DNA of 64,000 nt, taken from assembly GCA_964577105.1 (NCBI GenBank), contig CAZNWY010000006.1, positions 13,370 through 77,369 of the forward strand. The letters are read 5' to 3'. A program made the position numbers and the translations under genes. Of the stretch, positions 47,820 through 56,121 are shown in pieces. Numbering within the stretch: position 1 is the stretch's first letter; each line of letters opens with the position of its first letter. A model generated the notes under the pieces. It ran no database searches and had not been told where the DNA came from. It worked only from the letters and a program-made list of their open reading frames with translations. This DNA is from an uncultured Flavobacterium sp. GTDB lineage: Bacteria; Bacteroidota; Bacteroidia; Flavobacteriales; Flavobacteriaceae.

Positions 47820-48497
47820 ATGAAAATAACATTCTACGGACATGCGTGCATCGGAATTGAAGTGAGTGGCAAACACATTTTAGTTGACCCATTCATATCA
47901 GGCAATCCCAAAGCGTCACATATTGATATTGATTCGCTTCAAGCCGATTATATCTTGCTCACACACGCACATCAAGATCACATTTTAGATGCAGAAGCTA
48001 TTGCAAAACGAACCAATGCAACTATAGTTTCCAACTACGAAGTTGCCGTTTATTTCGGTAATAAAGGCTTGAAATACCATCCAATGAATCACGGTGGAAG
48101 CTGGCAATTCGATTTTGGAAAAGTAAAATTGGTCAATGCAATTCACTCCAGTTCGTTTCCAGATGGTTCCTATGGCGGAAATCCTGCTGGATTTGTAATC
48201 GAAGGTGAACACAAAAACATCTATATTTCGGGCGATACGGCGCTTACTATGGACATGAAACTCATTCCCATGCGCACCAAACTTGATTTAGCCATTCTGT
48301 CCATCGGAAATAATTTTACTATGGATATTGATGATGCCATCATTGCAGCCGATTTTGTAGATTGTGACAAAGTACTCGGAGTGCATTTTGATACCTTTGG
48401 TTACATCGAAATCAACCACGACGAAGCCAAAAAGAAATTCTTCGATGCTGGCAAAGATTTAATGCTCTTAGAAATTGGCCAAAGTATTAAATTATAA
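47820..48497 (+). CDS. metallo-beta-lactamase-fold hydrolase (UPF0173 type)
   Basis: 225 aa with the HxHxDH motif (LLTHAHQDHI). It starts 3 nt after the menA stop. Confidence 0.8.
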   Translation: MKITFYGHACIGIEVSGKHILVDPFISGNPKASHIDIDSLQADYILLTHAHQDHILDAEAIAKRTNATIVSNYEVAVYFGNKGLKYHPMNHGGSWQFDFGKVKLVNAIHSSSFPDGSYGGNPAGFVIEGEHKNIYISGDTALTMDMKLIPMRTKLDLAILSIGNNFTMDIDDAIIAADFVDCDKVLGVHFDTFGYIEINHDEAKKKFFDAGKDLMLLEIGQSIKL

Positions 48498-48511
48498 AAT
48501 TTGTAATTGTT

Positions 48512-48612
48512 TATGAGCGAATGGCACGCGAATTGTTGCCAACCCTATTCCTGCTGTTCGCTATATTTTTAACCTTGCAGGTTTAAAAGATACCGCTTCC
48601 ATCAGGGCTAAT
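48512..48612. other. GC-enriched non-coding element of unknown nature
   Basis: GAGCGAATGGCACGCGAATTGTTGCCAACCCTATTCCTGCTGTTCGC... is about 50% GC in a ~1/3-GC background. It contains AGCGAA/TTCGCT and AACCT-TGC-AGGTT pairings. Confidence 0.3.
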
Positions 48613-48638
48613 CAGTAATTGTATTGAATCCAATCAAA

Positions 48639-49844
48639 ATGCTAAAGAAATTATATTTTATAGTACCCATACTTGCCGTAGCTTATGCCTCAGCGCAATC
48701 TAAAGAAGGTTATTGGGATAATATTAGAACCACCAACGAAACCATCAGTCTTAGAGCCGGTGAAAAAAAAGTAATTAAAACCGCCGATTTCCCAGAAGGA
48801 ACTACCGAAGTGGTGTACAGAATCACGATTCTTGACGACAATCAGAAGTTGTCTTCAAGTTTAGTTTCGGTTTTAAAAGCCATTCCAGATCCTACAGGAA
48901 TTAGTCAAGGTACAGCTGGTGCAGTATTTTTAGCTTCAACAATTTCTGGTGACGACAAGTGTAAATATGCTATTTTTACCCAACCCAAAGATGCTGATGC
49001 GTATTTGACGACAGAAAAAACAGATAATGCTTGTGTGGTTCAAGATACGCCAGTAAACAAAGAAGCTCGACTTCTAAGAGCCAAGAGCTCTGAATGTTTG
49101 ACTACTAAAACTCAAAACCTGTATTTTGCATTTCAAAGTGACAACTGGGTAATGAAACAAAAAGTGGTTTTAGAAGTGGTGCCTTGGGTGGATAATAAAG
49201 CCAGTCGTGGTTGGAATTCTGATACCAAAAAAGAAATTCTAGAATTGAGTAAAACGCTCAAAGTATATAAATCACTGACGAGTAAAGATGCTTTTTCGGC
49301 AGCTTTTTTAGAAAAGGTATCTCAAAAATATACAGCTAAAGAGTTCTCCAGTTTGCTTCCAATTGAAAAAAGTGCTGCTATTGAACAAGCTACAGATGAT
49401 GCCTTAAAGAAAACAGGTGAAACCCAAAAATACTACAGCCTTTTTAGAGAACGAGCAAATGCCGCTATCAACAAAGGCAATTTTGAAGATGCAATTACCA
49501 TCATTCAATCGGAATTAATTGCAAAAAACCGCGCACAATCTATCGATTATGCAACTTTGGGCAATTATTGCATCTTATCGAAACAATTCGATAAATCTGA
49601 AAAAACACTCAATGAGGCGATTGCTAAAGACCCAACCGATATCAATTTACAATTGCAATTAGCGCATTTATATTTATTTACCAATAGAGTTTCCGAAGCA
49701 AAAGACATTCACAAAAAATACAAAGACCAAAATGTAAACGCCAAAACCTCTTGGATTCAACAAACCAACAAAGACTTTGATTTGTTTAAAAAATGCCATT
49801 TGCCAGAAGACAACTTCAAGAAAATCATGCGAGTTTTGGAGTAG
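48639..49844 (+). CDS. secreted protein with C-terminal TPR-like repeats
   Basis: I prefer the ATG at 48639 (MLKKLYFIVPILAVAYASAQ signal). The C-terminal third has TPR-like helices (ATLGNYCILSKQFDKSEKTLNEAIAKDP...). Confidence 0.55.
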   Translation: MLKKLYFIVPILAVAYASAQSKEGYWDNIRTTNETISLRAGEKKVIKTADFPEGTTEVVYRITILDDNQKLSSSLVSVLKAIPDPTGISQGTAGAVFLASTISGDDKCKYAIFTQPKDADAYLTTEKTDNACVVQDTPVNKEARLLRAKSSECLTTKTQNLYFAFQSDNWVMKQKVVLEVVPWVDNKASRGWNSDTKKEILELSKTLKVYKSLTSKDAFSAAFLEKVSQKYTAKEFSSLLPIEKSAAIEQATDDALKKTGETQKYYSLFRERANAAINKGNFEDAITIIQSELIAKNRAQSIDYATLGNYCILSKQFDKSEKTLNEAIAKDPTDINLQLQLAHLYLFTNRVSEAKDIHKKYKDQNVNAKTSWIQQTNKDFDLFKKCHLPEDNFKKIMRVLE

Positions 49845-49875
49845 CATATGTTTTATGAATTTAAAATTTAAGAGT

Positions 49876-50008
49876 CTAAGAATCTAAGGTGCTAAGGTCC
49901 TAAGAATCTAAATGCAGAGTATCTCAGGACCTCAGTATCTTAGCGCCTCAGTAACTCAGAATCTAAGAACCTCAGAGCCTTAGCACCTCAAAACCTAAAC
50001 AACCCAAG
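49876..50008. repeat. about 16 phase-locked 8-nt units with core CTNAG (two blocks)
   Basis: CTNAG-type pentamers start at 49876, 884, 892, 900 and 908. After a 15-nt step they start at 49923, 931, 939, 947, 955, 963, 971, 979, 987 and 995, and at 50004. Confidence 0.85.
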
Positions 50009-50009
50009 A

Positions 50010-51047
50010 ATGAAAGCCACTTATCAAAAATACATGCTTCACTTTAAACGACCATCTGGGACTTCTAGAGGTGTTTTGAATGAAAAAGAAACATGGTTTA
50101 TTATTTTGGAAGAAAATGGCAAGAAAGGAATTGGTGAGTGTGGAATTCTTCGCGGATTAAGTGCTGATGATCGACCAGATTATGAAGAAAAATTGCAGTG
50201 GGTTTGTGCCAACATTCACTTGGGTAAAGACCAACTTTGGGATGCACTAATTGAGTTTCCATCGATACAATTTGGAGTTGAAATGGCATTCCAATCCTTT
50301 GCCTCAGAAAATCCATTTGTACTATTTCCGTCTGAGTTTACAGAAGGCAAAAAAAACATTACTATTAACGGCTTGGTTTGGATGGGTGATGAGGCATTTA
50401 TGAGACAACAAATTGAAGAAAAATTGGCTCAAGGATTCAGTTGCATCAAACTCAAAATTGGTGCTATAGATTTCCAAAAAGAACTCGATTTATTACACTT
50501 TGTTCGTCAAAATTTTGATGAAAAAACTATCGAGATTAGGGTTGATGCCAACGGTGCATTTGCTGTAAATGATGCTTTAAGTAAATTAAATCAATTAGCT
50601 GGTTATAAATTACATAGTATCGAACAACCGATTGCAAAAAATAATACTGACAGTATGTCATATTTGTGTGAAAACGCTTCATTTCCTATTGCTTTAGATG
50701 AAGAACTTATTGGGGTGTTTTCATTGGAAGAAAAAGAAGCACTTTTGCAAAAAATACAACCACAATACATTATTTTAAAACCAAGTTTTATTGGCGGATT
50801 TCGTGGTACAAAAGAATGGATAAATTTGGCTAATAAATACCAAATAGGTTGGTGGATTACATCGGCTTTAGAAAGTAATATCGGATTAAATGCCATTGCA
50901 CAATGGACTTTTTTACAACAAAATTCAATGCCACAAGGTCTTGGAACTGGAGGTTTGTATACCAACAATTTTGATTGCCCTTTAGAAGTTACAAATGGCC
51001 AATTGTGTTACAACAAAAATCTTAGTTGGGCAGTTGAAATTGTCTAA
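50010..51047 (+). CDS. menC: o-succinylbenzoate synthase (enolase superfamily)
   Basis: 345 aa. Enolase-superfamily catalytic pattern IKLKIG (KxK), IRVDANGA, IEQP, ALDEE and ILKPSFIGG, within a men gene context. Confidence 0.7.
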   Translation: MKATYQKYMLHFKRPSGTSRGVLNEKETWFIILEENGKKGIGECGILRGLSADDRPDYEEKLQWVCANIHLGKDQLWDALIEFPSIQFGVEMAFQSFASENPFVLFPSEFTEGKKNITINGLVWMGDEAFMRQQIEEKLAQGFSCIKLKIGAIDFQKELDLLHFVRQNFDEKTIEIRVDANGAFAVNDALSKLNQLAGYKLHSIEQPIAKNNTDSMSYLCENASFPIALDEELIGVFSLEEKEALLQKIQPQYIILKPSFIGGFRGTKEWINLANKYQIGWWITSALESNIGLNAIAQWTFLQQNSMPQGLGTGGLYTNNFDCPLEVTNGQLCYNKNLSWAVEIV

Positions 51048-51078
51048 CAATTTATCCGTTTATTTCCTACATTTTTTG

Positions 51079-51086
51079 TAAATTTG
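51079..51086 (+). promoter_or_regulatory. -7 promoter motif (TAnnTTTG)
   Basis: TAAATTTG lies 25 nt upstream of the ATG at 51111. Confidence 0.4.
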
Positions 51087-51110
51087 AGTGTGATTTATAA
51101 TACACCTCTA

Positions 51111-52205
51111 ATGCGTAACTTCTTATTAATTTCCGCTGTTTTTTTATTAGTAGTCTTTTCATCGTGTTCTAAAAAAACAACCGACGAATTCCAACCCAAA
51201 TTAAATTCTATTACAGAAAGTGTATATGCTTCGGGCGTGATTAAAGCCGAAAATCAATATACGGTTTATGCTACCGTAAGTGGTGTGTTACAAAAAAGTT
51301 TAGTTACCGTAGGGCAATCCATCAATCAAGGGCAACCTTTGTTTCAAATAGAAAGCGATAAAGCAGCATTGAATACCGAAAATGCTCGATTAGCCTATCA
51401 ACTTAGTCAAGAAAGTAATCGCTATATTCAGGATAAAATTGCCGATATGGAAACCAAAGTGCAAATGGCTAAAGATAAATTGGCTCTTGATCAATCGGTG
51501 TACAATCGCAATAAAAACATCAAACAATACAATGTAATTTCTGAAGTCGATTATGAAAAAGTAGAGTTGGCTTATAAAAACTCTAAATCCAATTACGAAT
51601 CGGCTTTAAAACAGTTATCTCAATTGAAAGCACAGTTGAAAAACGACCAAAACAGAAACAACATTAATCTAAAAATCAATGAAAAATCACAAAGTGACTT
51701 TACTGTAAAAAGTGCTTTTTCTGGTGAATTGTTTGATATTTTGGTTAAGGATGGCACATTGATTTCGCCTCAAACGCCATTGGCAATTATTGGGAAAAAG
51801 AATTCGTATCTCTTAGAATTAGATGTGGATGAAAACGACATGGTTCATGTAGCACTAGGTCAAAAAGTGGTTGTTACCCTCGATAGTTACAAAGGAACTG
51901 CTTTTGATGCTATTGTCGACAAAATTTATCCCATTATGGACGAGCGTTCCAGAACTTTTAAAATAGAAGCACATTTTGTTAAAACACCAGCTAAATTATA
52001 CCCAAATCTTACTGCCGAAGCCAATATCGTCATTCAAACCAAAAAAGACGTATTGACCATTCCGAAAAATTATTTAGTTGACGAAACCTATGTTTTAGTG
52101 AATAAGGATGAAAAGCGTAAAGTCAAAATTGGATTAAGCGATTATCAAAATGCAGAGATTTTAGACGGATTAAAAGCTGGCGAAACCATATACAAACCGA
52201 AATAA
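51111..52205 (+). CDS. HlyD/MacA-type periplasmic adaptor lipoprotein
   Basis: I prefer the ATG at 51111 (MRNFLLISAVFLLVVFSSC lipobox). The protein has a lipoyl/coiled-coil/beta-barrel layout. Confidence 0.8.
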   Translation: MRNFLLISAVFLLVVFSSCSKKTTDEFQPKLNSITESVYASGVIKAENQYTVYATVSGVLQKSLVTVGQSINQGQPLFQIESDKAALNTENARLAYQLSQESNRYIQDKIADMETKVQMAKDKLALDQSVYNRNKNIKQYNVISEVDYEKVELAYKNSKSNYESALKQLSQLKAQLKNDQNRNNINLKINEKSQSDFTVKSAFSGELFDILVKDGTLISPQTPLAIIGKKNSYLLELDVDENDMVHVALGQKVVVTLDSYKGTAFDAIVDKIYPIMDERSRTFKIEAHFVKTPAKLYPNLTAEANIVIQTKKDVLTIPKNYLVDETYVLVNKDEKRKVKIGLSDYQNAEILDGLKAGETIYKPK

Positions 52206-53461
52206 TGAACTTTAAACTCATTTTAAATATTGCGGTGCATTTACTTCGGGCACGACTGAAACAAACTATTGTTGCCGCTGTTGGGGTTACTTTTGGTATC
52301 GCTATGTTTATTACTTTGGTGAGTTTTATGCACGGACTAAATAATATGCTCGATGAACTGATGTTAAATAGAACTCCTCACGTGCGCTTGTACAATGAGA
52401 TCAAACCTTCTGAAAAACAACCCATTTCGTTGTCTGAAACTTATAAAAATAATATCAACTTTGTAAGCTCGGTGAAGCCCAAAGATCGAGGTAAAGCCAT
52501 TTACAACAGCAAAGCCATCATTCATTATTTAAAACAAGATGCTCGCATTATTGATGTGGCACCCAAAATTACAACTCCAGTTTTTTTCAATTCGGGAACC
52601 ATAGAAATATCGGGTGTTGTATACGGAATTGATGTTTTTGCGGAAGAAAAATTATTCAAATTAAGCGATTATATAATCGAAGGAAAAGTATCCGATTTAA
52701 CTCAAAACAATAGTATTATCATCGGAAAAGGTTTGGCTGATAAAATGCTATTGAAAAAAGGCGATATCATTAAAATAACTACCGCAAAAGGTAATTTGGC
52801 ATCGATGAAAGTTGTTGGTATTACCCAAATTGGTATTGCCGATTTAGACAATACGATGAGTTATACTTCGTTAAATACAGCTCAAAAACTATTGGGCGAA
52901 CCTACTAATTATATTACTGATATTCAAATTAAACTCCACGATATCAATACCGCACCTGCTTTGGCAAACGAATTTCGAACAAAATTTGATGTTGATACCA
53001 TTGATTATCAAACGTCTAATTCGCAATTTGAAACAGGTAGTTCGGTGCGAAGTATTATTTCGTATGCTGTGGGAATTGTTTTGTTGATTGTGGCTGGATT
53101 TGGTATTTACAACATCTTAAATATGATGATTTTTGAAAAAATGGATAGTATTGCCATATTAAAAGCTACTGGTTTTTCGGGCAATGATGTTAAATGGATT
53201 TTTATTTTATTATCAATGATAATCGGAATTGCAGGAGGTTTATTTGGGTTGCTTTTCGGATTTTTTTTTACTTCTATCATTGATGTTATTCCGTTTAGTA
53301 CAGCGGCATTGCCAACTATTAAAACCTATCCAATTGATTATAATATTGTGTATTATTTTGTAGGCATCACCTTTGCGCTTTGTACCACGTTTATAGCTGG
53401 TTTATTTCCAGCGTTGAAAGCAGGAAAAGTTGATCCAGTTGAAATTATTAGAGGAAAATAG
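52205..53461 (+). CDS. FtsX/MacB-type ABC transporter permease
   Basis: 418 aa with TM1, a large periplasmic domain and three C-terminal TM helices. Its start overlaps the adaptor stop by 1 nt. Confidence 0.85.
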   Translation: MNFKLILNIAVHLLRARLKQTIVAAVGVTFGIAMFITLVSFMHGLNNMLDELMLNRTPHVRLYNEIKPSEKQPISLSETYKNNINFVSSVKPKDRGKAIYNSKAIIHYLKQDARIIDVAPKITTPVFFNSGTIEISGVVYGIDVFAEEKLFKLSDYIIEGKVSDLTQNNSIIIGKGLADKMLLKKGDIIKITTAKGNLASMKVVGITQIGIADLDNTMSYTSLNTAQKLLGEPTNYITDIQIKLHDINTAPALANEFRTKFDVDTIDYQTSNSQFETGSSVRSIISYAVGIVLLIVAGFGIYNILNMMIFEKMDSIAILKATGFSGNDVKWIFILLSMIIGIAGGLFGLLFGFFFTSIIDVIPFSTAALPTIKTYPIDYNIVYYFVGITFALCTTFIAGLFPALKAGKVDPVEIIRGK

Positions 53462-54136
53462 ATGAGCAATAAAGTATTAGAAACTAGAAAATTGTCTAAA
53501 TATTTTTATGATCCTGTCAAATTTCAGGTCTTAAAAGAGATTGACATGAGTATCGATCATGGTGAATTTGTTTCTATTGTTGGAAAATCAGGCTGTGGAA
53601 AATCTACTTTATTATACCTTCTTTCTACCATGGATACCGACTATGAAGGCGAATTGTATATTCATGAAAAACTAGTTACAGGTAAATCAGATAAAGATTT
53701 TGCCAAAATCAGAAATGAAAATATTGGTTTTGTGTTTCAGTTTCATTATTTGCTTTCAGAATACAATGTGTTAAAAAACGTGATGCTACCTGGAATGAAA
53801 TTGGGCAAATTATCTCAAGAAGAAGTAGAACACAATGCCATGGAACATTTGCGCACGCTAGATATGCACGAACAAGCTCTAAAAATGCCCAATCAATTGA
53901 GTGGAGGTCAGAAGCAACGTGTGGCAATTGCTCGTGCTTTAATCAATAATCCACTAATCATTATGGGTGATGAACCTACAGGAAATCTGGATCATAAGAA
54001 TAGCGATATGGTATTTGATATTTTTCAGAAGTTAACAATAGAACATCAACAAACGCTCTTGATAGTTACTCACGACAACGATTTTGCTTCTCGAACCAAC
54101 CGAATCATCACTATGGAAGACGGAAGAATTATTTAA
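53462..54136 (+). CDS. ABC transporter ATP-binding protein (MacB/LolD type)
   Basis: Walker A GKSGCGKST, signature LSGGQKQR and Walker B IIMGDEPT. It starts immediately after the permease stop. Confidence 0.9.
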   Translation: MSNKVLETRKLSKYFYDPVKFQVLKEIDMSIDHGEFVSIVGKSGCGKSTLLYLLSTMDTDYEGELYIHEKLVTGKSDKDFAKIRNENIGFVFQFHYLLSEYNVLKNVMLPGMKLGKLSQEEVEHNAMEHLRTLDMHEQALKMPNQLSGGQKQRVAIARALINNPLIIMGDEPTGNLDHKNSDMVFDIFQKLTIEHQQTLLIVTHDNDFASRTNRIITMEDGRII

Positions 54137-54183
54137 TCTCTTCACACTTTTAATTTCGTACTTTGTACTTTTAACATCGTACT

Positions 54184-54756
54184 TTATTTCACCACAATAT
54201 CGTATTTCATTAAAAGGCCTTTCAATCCATCTGTAGAAAAAATGGCTTTTTTAAGTTTATTTTTTTCAGGATCGATAATGTAATCATAGCTTGTGGAAAA
54301 ATCGGTTTTATTCGCAATAGTATCAATAAAAACAGCATGGCGTAAATTGCAATTGTCAAATAATACTTCGGTTAAATCGCTGCCCATAAAGTCAATCGCA
54401 ATCATACTGCAATTGATGAACTGCATCTTTCGAAGTTTTAAAGCGTAGAATTTGGCGTAGTCCAGCAAACAATCTTTAAAATGAAACTCATAAATCACTT
54501 GGTCGGTCATGGCAAAGTTTACATTGGTAAAATTGCATTTGGTAAAGAACACACCGCGTAAAGAAACATAATTGATTTTGGTTTCCTTAAAATTACAATC
54601 GAAGAAATTACAATCGATAAAAGCCACAGTTTGAAAAGTGCATTGTGTGAAATCGCAATTGTAAAAGGTGCAATTTTCAAAATCTTTGAATTTGGTATTG
54701 TTGTCGTCAAAAAGTTGGTCTTTAAACTCTTGGTCTAAAATGTAATCTGCACGCAT
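54184..54756 (-). CDS. pentapeptide-repeat protein (Qnr/MfpA-like size and layout)
   Basis: 190 aa with Phe/Leu at every fifth position over most of its length (CTFYNCDFTQCTFQTVAFIDCNFFDCNFKE...). Confidence 0.8.
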   Translation of the reverse strand: MRADYILDQEFKDQLFDDNNTKFKDFENCTFYNCDFTQCTFQTVAFIDCNFFDCNFKETKINYVSLRGVFFTKCNFTNVNFAMTDQVIYEFHFKDCLLDYAKFYALKLRKMQFINCSMIAIDFMGSDLTEVLFDNCNLRHAVFIDTIANKTDFSTSYDYIIDPEKNKLKKAIFSTDGLKGLLMKYDIVVK

Positions 54757-54928
54757 TGTCTTGTTTTAAGGTTGTAAAGCTAAACAAATTTTTAGTATTT
54801 ATGGATTGCTTTTTTAAGCTTCAAGTTTCTGATTTTTGATTCTTATATGGTGATTGATTACTAACAATTGTTGATAAATTTTACGCAATAAATTCCAAAA
54901 TGATGTACTTGTATTTTATTGAAAGTGA

Positions 54929-54936
54929 TACATTTG
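54929..54936 (+). promoter_or_regulatory. -7 promoter motif (TAnnTTTG) for guaC
   Basis: TACATTTG lies 23 nt upstream of the ATG at 54959. Confidence 0.45.
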
Positions 54937-54958
54937 ATAACCACCAAACAACAACAAA

Positions 54959-55999
54959 ATGAGAATAGAAACCGAACTAAAATTAGGCTTTAAAGATGTT
55001 ATGATCAGACCCAAACGTTCTACTTTAAACAGTAGGGCTCAAGTGTCTTTAGAACGAGAATTTAAGTTCAAACACAGTACGGCAACTTGGACGGGAATAC
55101 CCATTATGGCAGCCAATATGGATACGGTTGGAACGTTTGAAATGGCTTTGGCATTGGCTAAAGAAAAATTATTTTCATGTATTCATAAACATTATACGGT
55201 TCATCAATGGAATGAATTTATCAAAAATGCACCTAAGGATATTAGCCATTATATTGCTGTAAGCACAGGAACTGGTAAAGCCGATTCCAAGAAAGTCGCC
55301 GATATATTCGAACACAATCCGCAATTACAGTTTTTGTGTATTGATGTGGCTAATGGTTATTCAGAGCATTTTGTGAATTTCTTGCGTCAAATGCGTAAGC
55401 AATATCCCGATAAAGTGATTATTGCAGGAAATGTAGTAACAGGTGAAATGGTAGAAGAATTATTGTTGGAAGGTGCCGATATTGTAAAAGTCGGAATCGG
55501 ACCGGGTTCGGTGTGTACTACAAGGGTAAAAACTGGCGTTGGATATCCGCAACTTTCTGCCATTATCGAATGTGCTGATGCAGCTCATGGTTTGGGTGGA
55601 CACATCATTAGCGATGGTGGTTGTGCTATTCCTGGTGATGTTGCCAAAGCTTTTGGAGCTGGTGCCGATTTTGTGATGTTGGGAGGAATGTTGGCTGGAC
55701 ACAACGAAAGTGGAGGAGAATTGATAGAAATCAAAGGCGAGAAATACAAAATGTTCTACGGAATGAGTTCTGAAACAGCCATGAAAAAACACGTAGGTGG
55801 TGTTGCCGAATATCGTGCTAGCGAAGGCAAGACAGTTCAAGTGCCTTACAAAGGTGAGGTAATAGATACGTTACATGATATCTTAGGCGGAATAAGAAGT
55901 ACTTGTACTTATGTTGGTGCTTCCAAATTGAAAGAACTTACCAAAAGAACGACTTTTATAAGAGTATTGGAACAAGAGAATCGCATTTTTTCTAAATAA
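54959..55999 (+). CDS. guaC: GMP reductase
   Basis: 346 aa, IMPDH/GMPR barrel without a CBS insert, with the catalytic loop [11 protein letters not shown]. Confidence 0.9.
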   Translation: MRIETELKLGFKDVMIRPKRSTLNSRAQVSLEREFKFKHSTATWTGIPIMAANMDTVGTFEMALALAKEKLFSCIHKHYTVHQWNEFIKNAPKDISHYIAVSTGTGKADSKKVADIFEHNPQLQFLCIDVANGYSEHFVNFLRQMRKQYPDKVIIAGNVVTGEMVEELLLEGADIVKVGIGPGSVCTTRVKTGVGYPQLSAIIECADAAHGLGGHIISDGGCAIPGDVAKAFGAGADFVMLGGMLAGHNESGGELIEIKGEKYKMFYGMSSETAMKKHVGGVAEYRASEGKTVQVPYKGEVIDTLHDILGGIRSTCTYVGASKLKELTKRTTFIRVLEQENRIFSK

Positions 56000-56082
56000 A
56001 AAGCGTAGATTCTCATTGAAGAAACGGATGTTAATTTTAACCCAAACTGTTCCAATAAAAATAGGGTTTTAAAACAAAATGG

Positions 56083-56090
56083 TAATTTTG
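56083..56090 (+). promoter_or_regulatory. -7 promoter motif (TAnnTTTG)
   Basis: TAATTTTG lies 32 nt upstream of the ATG at 56122. Confidence 0.4.
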
Positions 56091-56121
56091 CTGTTTCAAT
56101 AATCTATTTGACAGATACAAC

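Noticed and set aside
49861-50009. Considered CRISPR, a coding tandem repeat or a simple terminator for the CTNAG array.
   Set aside because: The units are 8 nt with no spacers, so it is not CRISPR. Stops occur in all frames, so it is not coding. There is no compact GC stem with a U-tract, so it is not a classical terminator. I kept it as an unexplained repeat in the findings.
54757-54958. Possible purine riboswitch or other leader RNA in the 200-nt spacer upstream of guaC.
   Set aside because: There are no conserved purine-riboswitch core sequences or convincing three-way junction pairing. The spacer also has to house the divergent promoter of the pentapeptide-repeat gene.
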